Shown here piece after piece: positions 18,591-26,850 of a stretch of 64,000 nt of DNA (position 1 is its first letter; the number at the start of each line of letters is the position of its first letter). The stretch comes from an uncultured Acidobacteriota bacterium (GTDB lineage: Bacteria; Acidobacteriota; Thermoanaerobaculia; Gp7-AA8). The notes under the pieces are model-generated. The model had not been told where the DNA came from. It ran no database searches and worked only from the letters and a program-made list of their open reading frames with translations. Location: the NCBI GenBank assembly GCA_963822445.1, contig CAWGHO010000003.1, positions 160,001-224,000 on the forward strand, written 5' to 3'. Made by a program: the position numbers and the translations under genes.

Positions 18591-19725
18591 GCCGCGGCAT
18601 CCGCACTTTGCTCGCCCCGCACAATCCTGCGTGACGTTCGAGGGCGTCGCTGATGTCGATCGCGGCGCCCTCTTCTTCCATCCAGATCTTCGACACCAGC
18701 ATCGTTTCCTTCTCGACGCGCGCTTCAATGCGTCCGATGAGGCGATCGCGATGGAGCAGTGGACAGACGTACCAGCCCCAGCGCCGTTGCTTCGCCGGTT
18801 TGTAGACCTCCCAGACGTATTCGAAGTCGAAGATGAATCGCACCAGCTCGCGGTCCCAGATCAGGGGATCGAGCGGACCGAGAATGCGCACGCGGTCGTC
18901 GTAGGTGACGCGTCGTTTGTCGAAGAACGAGGGGATGGCGAGATAGCGGCGCGGCGAGTCTTCGATCGCGACTTCGATCAATTCGCCGGCTTCGATCAAC
19001 TCCGGGATCAACGGCGACGTGCGCACGGTGCTGAGCATCGACCACATCGCGCCGCCGGCGCGGGTGAGCAGGCCCGCCGCCTTCGCGCGTTCGAGCACGG
19101 CCCAACGGGAAAAGTCGCCATCGGCTTCTTCGAGTGTGCCGAGAGCGCGTTCGGGAATGTCATAGAGCTTCGCGCCTGATTCGGTGCGTCCGGCGACAAC
19201 GACGTCGCAGAGCGTCCAGAGAATGTCCAGGGCCATCGTCGTTGCCTTGGCGGTGCTCTTCCAGCCGCTCCAGTTCATCGGCTCGACCGTGCCGTGATCG
19301 GTGAGCTGCGCGGCGGTGATGGGTCCCTTCTCGCGAATCTCGTCGAATACAGCGCGCAACACTTTCGGCGGGATGCGCTCCTCGCGCTCGCCGTGACGCC
19401 ACCACGGCGTCTGCGCGAGGTGGCCCTGTTTGCGATAGCGCGGAAATGAGCTCGCGGGAAGGATGCAACGCTCTTTCGCGAAATGCTCGAAGGCGTGGCG
19501 GGGGAAGAGATGCCGCCACACGTCGCCGCGGCAGACGCCGTCGACGCGGGCCATGACCACGAGGTCGGCGTTGGTACCGATGACGTCGAGCGGATCGAGC
19601 TGAATGCAGCGAAGGCGTTCGAGCACCGCGCGCGTGCCACGCGCTCCGCGGCCGGCGACGCGGTTGAGCCCGAGATGGGAGATCAGCAGGCGGCGCGCTT
19701 CGGCGCGGGAGATCGTGACGGGCAC
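18547..19725 (-). CDS. AlkZ/YcaQ-family (HTH_42) crosslink-repair DNA glycosylase
   Basis: IQLDP (QxD motif), LGPLDPLIWDR, FEYVWEVYKP, RRWGWY. Confidence 0.88.
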   Translation of the reverse strand: MPVTISRAEARRLLISHLGLNRVAGRGARGTRAVLERLRCIQLDPLDVIGTNADLVVMARVDGVCRGDVWRHLFPRHAFEHFAKERCILPASSFPRYRKQGHLAQTPWWRHGEREERIPPKVLRAVFDEIREKGPITAAQLTDHGTVEPMNWSGWKSTAKATTMALDILWTLCDVVVAGRTESGAKLYDIPERALGTLEEADGDFSRWAVLERAKAAGLLTRAGGAMWSMLSTVRTSPLIPELIEAGELIEVAIEDSPRRYLAIPSFFDKRRVTYDDRVRILGPLDPLIWDRELVRFIFDFEYVWEVYKPAKQRRWGWYVCPLLHRDRLIGRIEARVEKETMLVSKIWMEEEGAAIDISDALERHAGLCGASKVRMPRPSRRQSPPACNNGR

Positions 19726-19748
19726 GGCCGCAGAGTATGGCGAAAAAC

Positions 19749-19764
19749 AGGCCCGTCGGTTGCA
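19749..19764 (+). promoter_or_regulatory. Sigma54 (-24/-12) promoter
   Basis: AGGCCCGTCGGTTGCA: GG-N10-GC with TTGCA, close to TGGCACG-N4-TTGCW. Confidence 0.55.
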
Positions 19765-19793
19765 CTAAATGACTGCGCTGAAAGGAGATCAAC

Positions 19794-19970
19794 ATGCCTG
19801 GTAAACGAGAGCTGATCGAGCCGACCAAGGGTGACAAACGCTACGTTCGTCGCGACTCCGAGGGCCGCTTCAGCGAGGTTGAAGACGTCGGGCGCTCCAG
19901 CGCGCAGGACCAGAAACGGTCCGCGAAAACCAAGTCGAAATCCGGCCACGGCGATCGCGGCGACAGGTAG
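19794..19970 (+). CDS. 58-aa hydrophilic small protein (absent from ORF track)
   Basis: AAGGAG RBS; translates MPGKRELIEPTKGDKRYVRRDSEGRFSEVEDVGRSSAQDQKRSAKTKSKSGHGDRGDR. Confidence 0.8.
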   Translation: MPGKRELIEPTKGDKRYVRRDSEGRFSEVEDVGRSSAQDQKRSAKTKSKSGHGDRGDR

Positions 19971-20015
19971 GGGAAATCGGCTACCTGTGCTCTCCTTTAG
20001 CGGAGGAGGGCAACC

Positions 20016-21152
20016 GTGACCGAACTTCCACTCAGCAGCGAACAGGGCGAATCGCGCCTCGAAGACGAGCTGGCCATCTGCCTCTCCGGCGGTGGCTACC
20101 GCGCCATGGTGTTTCACCTCGGCGTGCTCTGGTATCTGAACGACGCCGGATATCTGCCGAAGCTCGACCGCGTTTCCAGCGTTTCCGGCGGATCGATCAC
20201 CGCGGGCGTGCTGGCGACCCGTTGGAACCAACTAGCCTTCGACGCGCAGGGCCGCTCCTCCCAGTTCGCGAATCTCGTCGTCACTCCCGTCCGGAAGATG
20301 GCCAGCACCACCATCGACGCCGGCTCGGTCATCGTCGGCAGTCTCCTTCCCGGAACGAGTGTCAGCGATCGCATCATCAAGGCCTATCGCTCGACTCTCT
20401 TCGGCAACGCGACCCTGCAGGACATTCCGGACCGCCCGAAGTTCATCATCGGCGCGACGAACGTGCAGACGGGATCGCTCTTCCGCTTCTCGAAGGCCTA
20501 CCTGTCCGATTGGCGGATCGGCCGCGTGTTGTCACCGAAGACGGGAGTAGCCGAAGCGGTTGCGGCTTCCTCGGCGTTCCCTCCGGTTCTGTCGCCGGCG
20601 CGTCTCGACCTCAAACATTCGGACTGGACCGAGCTTCAGGGCGACGTTTGCGGCAAGCCGCCGTTCACGACGAAGCTCGTGCTCACCGACGCCGGCGTCT
20701 ACGACAACCTCGGCATCGAGCCGGTGTGGAAACGCTGCAAGCGGGTCCTCGTCAGCGACGCCGGCGGGCGCTATCAGCCCGAAGCCGATCCACACTCCGA
20801 TCCCCTGCGGCATGCGCTGCGCGTGCAGGCCACGATCGACAACCAGGTGCGCTCGCTGCGCAAACGCCAGGTCGTCGGGTCGTTCGTCGACAACAGCGAC
20901 GCGCACACCGGCACCTACTTCGGCATGTGGGTCAAGCCGGACGACTATCCCGTTCACGCGCCGAAGCTGCCGATCGACGCCAGGCGCGCCGACGAGCTCG
21001 CGCGCACGCCCACGCGGCTCGCCAAGATGTCGAATGAACTGCAGAATCGCCTGATCAACTTCGGATACGGAATGACCGAGCGCGCGATCCGCAGCTACTT
21101 CGACAAGACCGCCTTCGAGCCGACGGCGTTCCCGTGCCCGGGAGGCGTTTAG
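20016..21152 (+). CDS. Patatin-like phospholipase
   Basis: LSGGGYRA oxyanion loop, SVSGG nucleophile elbow, ASSAFP, DAGVYDN; GGAGG RBS. Confidence 0.9.
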   Translation: MTELPLSSEQGESRLEDELAICLSGGGYRAMVFHLGVLWYLNDAGYLPKLDRVSSVSGGSITAGVLATRWNQLAFDAQGRSSQFANLVVTPVRKMASTTIDAGSVIVGSLLPGTSVSDRIIKAYRSTLFGNATLQDIPDRPKFIIGATNVQTGSLFRFSKAYLSDWRIGRVLSPKTGVAEAVAASSAFPPVLSPARLDLKHSDWTELQGDVCGKPPFTTKLVLTDAGVYDNLGIEPVWKRCKRVLVSDAGGRYQPEADPHSDPLRHALRVQATIDNQVRSLRKRQVVGSFVDNSDAHTGTYFGMWVKPDDYPVHAPKLPIDARRADELARTPTRLAKMSNELQNRLINFGYGMTERAIRSYFDKTAFEPTAFPCPGGV

Positions 21153-21155
21153 ACG

Positions 21156-23102
21156 ATGGCCGATCCGATCTATCTCGAGCGCTGGCTGGTCGAGCAACTG
21201 CTGTTCGGCAGCGGCCATGTGCGGCGGTTCACGCAGGACTCACCGGTTCTGCCCGACGTCTGGATCGAGTACGCGACCGATCCCGCGAAGAAACAGGAGC
21301 AGGTCACGCGGCGCTACGCGAACGGCGCGCTCGATCTCCTGCTCTCGCCGTTCCGTGAAGCGAGGACGGGCGAGATCCGCGACGAATTGCGACAGCGCGT
21401 TCCGGCGGGCCGCATCGTCTACAACCAATCGACAGTGCTCGCGCGACTGACCTTCGAGGATCTCGTCCGCGGCGTGATTCCGATGACCGACTGGTGGGCG
21501 CGACTCACCAGCAAGTTCGACATCGCCGCGCTGCAGTCGGAAGCGGTGAAGAAGCATCTGTCCGAGAACGTGAAGGATCCCGAGCATCCCGCGCCGTTCG
21601 TCAACAAGGACCGGACGGTGGTCCTGCCACCGGACGTGCTCTGGATGATCCGCATCGTCGGCGCGATCAAGCTCGCTCACGAAGGAACGCTGCTCGATCC
21701 CGTCTTTCTCGATCCGAAGGCCGGACCGGGCAAAGCGACGGCGGAGCAATGGCGGCCGCTCGTCGATGCCGTCGCGCGTCTCCTGGAAGGTGTCACCGGA
21801 AGTCACGAGGCGAAGGTCCATACGATTTCCCTGAATCGCATCGCCCGCTCGACTATCTCCGGATCCGTGTTGGCGGTGAAAGCCGATGCGGCCCGGCAGC
21901 TCTTCACCGTGTCCTGCAAAGACATCCGCTGGGCCATTCTCGACAGCGGGATCGACGCGACGCATTCCGCGTTTCGCAAGCAGCGCAGGAAACGGAAAGG
22001 GGAGAGCGCGGCGCCGGAGGTGAAAGTCGAAGGCGGCACGCCCTTCGACGAATACGACAGCCGCATCCGCGAGACCTACGACTTCTCCAGCATTCACGAT
22101 CTGCTCGACGCGGACTCGATCCAGCTGCCGCCGCATCTCGTGCGCACAGCGGCCGGCGACGCCGCGAAGGAAAAGGAATTCACCGACGCGATCCACAAGG
22201 CGAACGAGTCGATGGAGGGCGGCCGGGCCATCGACTGGGGCGTGTTCGCGCCGCTGCTGCGAATCGCCCACGACGAGAATTACGAGACCCACAAGCACAT
22301 CCCCGCGGACTCCCTCGATCACGGCACGCACGTCGCCGGCATCCTCGGCGGCGACTGGAAGAAATCGCCGAAGAATGGGCTCGAGGAGGATCTCGTCGGC
22401 GTCTGTCCCGACATCGAGATGTACGACATCCGCATCCTCGACGATCAGGGCAACGGCGACGAGTTCACGGTCATGGCCGCGCTGCAGTTCGTGCGCTGGC
22501 TGAACGCCCGGCACGACTACATGGCCGTGCACGGCGTGAACATGAGTCTGTCCATTCCCCACGACGTCGCGAACTACGCCTGCGGCCGCACGCCGGTGTG
22601 CGATGAAGCGGAGCGCACGGTCTCGTCGGGAATCGTGGTCGTGGTCGCGGCGGGAAATCAGGGCTATCGGACATACACCACCGCCGACGGGATCTCCGCG
22701 AGTGCGTACAACACCATCAGCATCACCGATCCCGGCAACGCCGATCTGGTGATCACAGTCGGCGCGACGCATCGCGCGAGGCCACACACGTACGGCGTGA
22801 GCTACTTCTCCAGCCGCGGGCCGACCGGCGATGGCCGCCTGAAGCCGGACCTCGTCGCGCCCGGCGAGAAAATCACCGCGCCGTTGCCGAAAGGGATGTC
22901 CGGTCTGAAAGACGGAACGAGCATGGCCGCACCGCACGTGAGCGGCGCCGCGGCGATGCTGATGGCGCGGCACAATGAGCTGGTCGGCCGTCCGATGCGC
23001 ATCAAGGAGATCCTCTGCCAGACCGCAACAGACCTCGGACGCGAGCGCTACTTCCAGGGCGCGGGGATGCTCGACATCCTTCGCGCCATGCAGTCGGTGT
23101 GA
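21156..23102 (+). CDS. Cytoplasmic S8 (subtilisin-like) protease with long N-terminal domain
   Basis: ILDSGID, HGTHVAG, AAGN, GTSMAAPHV; no signal peptide. Confidence 0.92.
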   Translation: MADPIYLERWLVEQLLFGSGHVRRFTQDSPVLPDVWIEYATDPAKKQEQVTRRYANGALDLLLSPFREARTGEIRDELRQRVPAGRIVYNQSTVLARLTFEDLVRGVIPMTDWWARLTSKFDIAALQSEAVKKHLSENVKDPEHPAPFVNKDRTVVLPPDVLWMIRIVGAIKLAHEGTLLDPVFLDPKAGPGKATAEQWRPLVDAVARLLEGVTGSHEAKVHTISLNRIARSTISGSVLAVKADAARQLFTVSCKDIRWAILDSGIDATHSAFRKQRRKRKGESAAPEVKVEGGTPFDEYDSRIRETYDFSSIHDLLDADSIQLPPHLVRTAAGDAAKEKEFTDAIHKANESMEGGRAIDWGVFAPLLRIAHDENYETHKHIPADSLDHGTHVAGILGGDWKKSPKNGLEEDLVGVCPDIEMYDIRILDDQGNGDEFTVMAALQFVRWLNARHDYMAVHGVNMSLSIPHDVANYACGRTPVCDEAERTVSSGIVVVVAAGNQGYRTYTTADGISASAYNTISITDPGNADLVITVGATHRARPHTYGVSYFSSRGPTGDGRLKPDLVAPGEKITAPLPKGMSGLKDGTSMAAPHVSGAAAMLMARHNELVGRPMRIKEILCQTATDLGRERYFQGAGMLDILRAMQSV

Positions 23103-23113
23103 AAGGAAACTCA

Positions 23114-24262
23114 ATGTTCGTACTCGAAGCACTCCGCGCGAAACATGGCGACGCACTCCTGCTGCATTACGGAACGGAAGACAAACCGCGGCTGGCGGTG
23201 ATCGACGGCGGTCCCGGCGGCGTGTACGCCGACGCGGTCAAACCGCGATTGATGGAGATCCGCGAAGAGCGCGGACTCGAAGACGAGGACCCGCTGGAGA
23301 TCGAGCTGATGATGGTCAGCCATCTCGACGCGGATCACATCACCGGAATCCTCGAGCTCATGCGCGGCCTGCGCGATCTGACGGACAAGAAGAAGCCGCT
23401 GCCCTGGAAGATCGCGCGCTTCTGGCACAACGCCTTCGAAGACCTCACCGCCAGCGACGACACGACCGTCGCCTCGGTCGATTCAGGCTTGTCGCCGGCG
23501 TCCGTCGGCGGCCTTCTGGGGTTTGAAGGATCGAGCCTGCTGGCGAGCGTCGGCCAGGGCCGCGAGCTTCGTGACCTCGTGAAGCGCTTCGGCCTCGACG
23601 GCAACAAGCCCTTCAAATCGATCGTGAAATATCCGCACGCGAAGAATCCCGTCTCGTTGCCCGGGCTCGAGCTGACGGTCATCGGTCCCGACGAGCAGAA
23701 CCTCCAGAAGCTGCAGGAGGACTGGGACAAGAAGGTCAAGGCGCTGCTGGAGAAGAAGGACAAGGCCGCGAAAGCGGAGCTCGCGGCGTACGTCGACAGG
23801 TCGGTCTACAACCTCTCCAGCATCGTCGTGCTCGCGGAGGCCGACGGGAAGACGATGCTGCTCACCGGCGACGCGCGTGGCGATTACACCCTCACCGCAT
23901 TACGCGGCGCGGGGTTGCTGAAGGATGGGACGCCGCTCGAAGTCGACCTGCTGAAGCTTCCGCATCACGGCAGCGATCGCAACGTCGATCAGGATTACTT
24001 CGACAACCTTCGCGCGAGCCACTACGTGATCTCAGCGGACGGCAAGTACACCAACCCCGACGTAGCGACACTGGAGATGATCGCGAATTCGCGCACCGAC
24101 GACGACTTCACCATCTGGCTCGCCAATGCCCCGGAGGATTTCGCCGATGCCGCGGTGGGTGGGGAAGTCGCGAAGTTCTTCATGGATCAGAAGAAGGCCG
24201 GACGGAAGTTCAAGTTGATTTCGCGGGAGAAGGACGCGCTCGGCGTCACGATTGCGCTGTGA
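23114..24262 (+). CDS. MBL-fold hydrolase (ComEC/Rec2- or Avs1a-like)
   Basis: HGDALLL, IDGG, SHLDADHITG, NLSSIV, LLTGDA, KLPHHGS; alternative GTG start at 23099 overlaps the S8 stop. Confidence 0.85.
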   Translation: MFVLEALRAKHGDALLLHYGTEDKPRLAVIDGGPGGVYADAVKPRLMEIREERGLEDEDPLEIELMMVSHLDADHITGILELMRGLRDLTDKKKPLPWKIARFWHNAFEDLTASDDTTVASVDSGLSPASVGGLLGFEGSSLLASVGQGRELRDLVKRFGLDGNKPFKSIVKYPHAKNPVSLPGLELTVIGPDEQNLQKLQEDWDKKVKALLEKKDKAAKAELAAYVDRSVYNLSSIVVLAEADGKTMLLTGDARGDYTLTALRGAGLLKDGTPLEVDLLKLPHHGSDRNVDQDYFDNLRASHYVISADGKYTNPDVATLEMIANSRTDDDFTIWLANAPEDFADAAVGGEVAKFFMDQKKAGRKFKLISREKDALGVTIAL

Positions 24263-25877
24263 CGTCCTTGCGCATCTGCCACAAGAGATGCGACAGGTAC
24301 GCGCGACGGGCCTCGCCTGTCGTCACGATCAACAGCTTCGTGATCTTGAGCTCCAGCGGATCGGTGTAGAGCAGGATCAGCATCTCCCGGATGAAAGTCG
24401 TGCCGAGAGTGATGTCGTTGTCGGTGCCCACGCCGAGGCGAAGGCCTTTCTTTTCCCACCACGAAAACGGGTGATCGGCGTAATCGGTCAGCGCGCCGGT
24501 GAGCTTCTTGTTCGACGACGGCAGCGAGATCAGCGTCAGGCGCTTGTCGATCATCCGATTGAGGACGTCGTGCTGATACGTCTCGACTTCGCGCGCGTGA
24601 TGGAACTTCGTTTTCGTCGCCAGCGTCGCCTCGGCTTCGGTCAGCGGAACGCCTTGCAGAAGCTTCTCGCGGATCTCTTCGCGGCCGCTCGTGTCCATGT
24701 CCATCAGCTCCGCGTACTCGCGTGAGCTCGGGCGCATCGCTTCACCGCGGCGATTACCGCGGAGGATGCGCTGGAGCATGGAGTGGAAGTAGAAGTTCGG
24801 GTTGATGCCGAGGGAGAGGCCGTGCTCGATGGCGTCGACGTGCCAGATGTTCATGGCGTTGTCGACCGCCTGCACGCCGTGGCGCAGTGTGTTCCAGGTC
24901 TCGCCGTGATGGCTGCGCGTGCGGAAACCGTACGCCTGGAGCTTGCGCATGCCCACGCGCATTTCCTTGAAGTGGGCCTTCCGGTAGAAGCCGCGTTCGT
25001 TGCCGACCGTGTCGACTTCTGTGACCACATCCCGTAATTCGGGATGCTTCTTGAGCAGTTCCACGATCTGCTTCACCTGATCGTCGAAGCTGGCCCGCTT
25101 CGATGGATAGCGCGTGGCGTCGTAGAACCCCGGCTCCTTGCGGAAGCTCGGCGAGAGCACGAACTGGAATGACGGCACTTCGCTCTGAAACGCGCGGAAG
25201 CCTTCGTAGAGGCCGAGGAGCACATCTTCGGGAGTGAGTCCGGAGAGGCCGGGGATCTGTTCGGATGGATCGGTGGTCTCGCGGAAGAGCGTGAACTTGA
25301 GTCGCAGCGAGCCGACATTCGACGTGCGATGGAGGCGGCTGGCCATGTGATACGCCGCGTCGCGATGGGCGTCGCGCGTGGTGAGGATCAGTTTCGGTAG
25401 GTAGAGGATTTTCAGGTACTGGTCGAAGCGGTCTTCGTCGCGGAGGCGGACCAGGCGCTCAACGTCGGCGACGCTCTTGATGGGCAGGGCCTCCGCTCCA
25501 TACACCTCGCGGATCTTCTGTTCGTAAATGTGGCGTTGCGGGCCTTCGAGCAAGGCCTGCAGCCGCGGGTAGACAAAGTCCGCGGCCAGCGAGCCGGTGA
25601 GATGGATGTGCTCATCGCGGAAGGGGATCGGAAACCCGCGAAAGAATGCCTCCAGCGCGTGGGAAACGGGGTGGGCGAGCAGTACTTCGAGGGGGACGGT
25701 GTGCAGTCGAAAGCGACCGAGGAGCGCGCGAAACTCGCGCACGTGGGCGCCGAGCTCCGGATCGGCATCAGCCTGCGGTGATTGTTCCGCCAGCGCCAGC
25801 GTGTCGTCGATCGACAGCCCGCTGGTTTCGCTGATGAGATGCGTCAGAAAGCGGGTGATGCGGGGAACGGACTGCAT
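24246..25877 (-). CDS. Adenosine/AMP deaminase-like amidohydrolase
   Basis: EHIHLTGS, SHHGE, IEHG, PSSN and GTDND motifs in ADA order. Confidence 0.75.
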   Translation of the reverse strand: MQSVPRITRFLTHLISETSGLSIDDTLALAEQSPQADADPELGAHVREFRALLGRFRLHTVPLEVLLAHPVSHALEAFFRGFPIPFRDEHIHLTGSLAADFVYPRLQALLEGPQRHIYEQKIREVYGAEALPIKSVADVERLVRLRDEDRFDQYLKILYLPKLILTTRDAHRDAAYHMASRLHRTSNVGSLRLKFTLFRETTDPSEQIPGLSGLTPEDVLLGLYEGFRAFQSEVPSFQFVLSPSFRKEPGFYDATRYPSKRASFDDQVKQIVELLKKHPELRDVVTEVDTVGNERGFYRKAHFKEMRVGMRKLQAYGFRTRSHHGETWNTLRHGVQAVDNAMNIWHVDAIEHGLSLGINPNFYFHSMLQRILRGNRRGEAMRPSSREYAELMDMDTSGREEIREKLLQGVPLTEAEATLATKTKFHHAREVETYQHDVLNRMIDKRLTLISLPSSNKKLTGALTDYADHPFSWWEKKGLRLGVGTDNDITLGTTFIREMLILLYTDPLELKITKLLIVTTGEARRAYLSHLLWQMRKDVTAQS

Positions 25878-25898
25878 CCGCGCATGCTAACGCGCGCT

Positions 25899-25944
25899 GG
25901 ACCGCCGGCGTCCGCGCCGGCTGTTGCGCCGGCGTCTCGCCGGC
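25899..25944. repeat. REP-like element, diverged copy
   Basis: GGACCGCCGGCGTCCGCGCCGGCTGTTGCGCCGGCGTCTCGCCGGC; same family as 9156 and 15414. Confidence 0.7.
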
Positions 25945-25970
25945 CAGGCAGGGGCGGTAGAATTCTGCTG

Positions 25971-26228
25971 TTGCCGGAGATCAGCCGCTTTCTCGGGATC
26001 GTCATCTTGATCAATTACAACGAACACGATCCGCCTCACTTTCATGCGCGTTACGGACGCGAGAAGATCTCCGTTCGCATCGCCGATGGCGTCGTGATTG
26101 GGACGTTTCCTCCTCGCGCGCTCAGTCATGTTCTCGAGTGGTGGAGCCTGCATCGCGCTGAGTTGGCCGAGAATTGGCAGCTCGCTCGCCAACGGATGCC
26201 GCTCAGGCGGATCGCGCCTCTGGAGTAG
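25971..26228 (+). CDS. DUF4160 family toxin-antitoxin component
   Basis: PEISRFLGI, NEHDPPHFHARYG, ELAENW, IAPLE; TTG start after TAGAAT. Confidence 0.88.
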   Translation: MPEISRFLGIVILINYNEHDPPHFHARYGREKISVRIADGVVIGTFPPRALSHVLEWWSLHRAELAENWQLARQRMPLRRIAPLE

Positions 26229-26231
26229 CTG

Positions 26232-26477
26232 ATGCTGATCGACGTCATCGAAGTCAGACACCTCCGCGATTTCACTCTCTGGGTGAAATTCGAGGATGGT
26301 AGTCAAGGCGAGATCGACCTGTCAGGAGAGCTCTACGGCCCTGTTTTCGAGCCCCTCCGGGACGTCGACTACTTCCGGCAGGTACGCGTCGATCCGGAAC
26401 TAGGCACGATCGTCTGGCCGAATGGTGCCGACCTCGCGCCTGAGTTTCTGTACGAGAAGGTGCACGTTCACGCCTGA
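26232..26477 (+). CDS. DUF2442 family toxin-antitoxin partner
   Basis: LWVKFEDG, GPVFEPL, TIVWPNGADLAPEFLY. Confidence 0.88.
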   Translation: MLIDVIEVRHLRDFTLWVKFEDGSQGEIDLSGELYGPVFEPLRDVDYFRQVRVDPELGTIVWPNGADLAPEFLYEKVHVHA

Positions 26478-26740
26478 CGCGCGCGCGCCCATTGCGCGAT
26501 CTCGTCCGCGCACGATCCGCACACCCGCCCCTTGATCGTGCTCGCCGCGGGCTCCTCGCGGATCTCGAAACCGCACCCAACGCAGTAGGAGTTCGGTACG
26601 GGCTCGATCTTCTCCTCATTCAGCTTCGCGACCATCGTGGCGATGCAGCGGTCGCAGACATACGCGGCGTGGCCCATGAATAGCTTCGCGACCTGCGAGC
26701 GATCGCGAAAGCAGAACGAGCAGCGGGCGCCTTGTTTCAT
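26468..26740 (-). CDS. ClpX C4-type zinc-finger protein (two fingers)
   Basis: CSFC...VCDRCI followed by CVGC...VCGSC. Confidence 0.7.
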   Translation of the reverse strand: MKQGARCSFCFRDRSQVAKLFMGHAAYVCDRCIATMVAKLNEEKIEPVPNSYCVGCGFEIREEPAASTIKGRVCGSCADEIAQWARARQA

Positions 26741-26760
26741 GAGTGTCACGTGGTACGGCC

Positions 26761-26787
26761 TGAAACCGCGCTTGTTGCGCGGCCGTA
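26761..26787 (+). promoter_or_regulatory. Possible ECF sigma promoter for dcp
   Basis: TGAAAC-N17-CGTA about 65 bp upstream of the dcp start. Confidence 0.35.
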
Positions 26788-26850
26788 TCCGGTAGACTGC
26801 GGGCCCGCAATTCGCACCCGCGACGCATCACCACTCATGAAAGGTTGCTA

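Noticed and set aside
20016-24262. CBASS, Avs1 or IetAS assignment
   Set aside because: No CD-NTase, STAND or AAA ATPase gene in the locus.
24246-25877. RADAR system
   Set aside because: No RdrA-like ATPase nearby and the protein is shorter than RdrB.
9156-25944. CRISPR array from the GC-rich repeats
   Set aside because: Copies are dispersed or inverted with no regular spacers and no cas genes.
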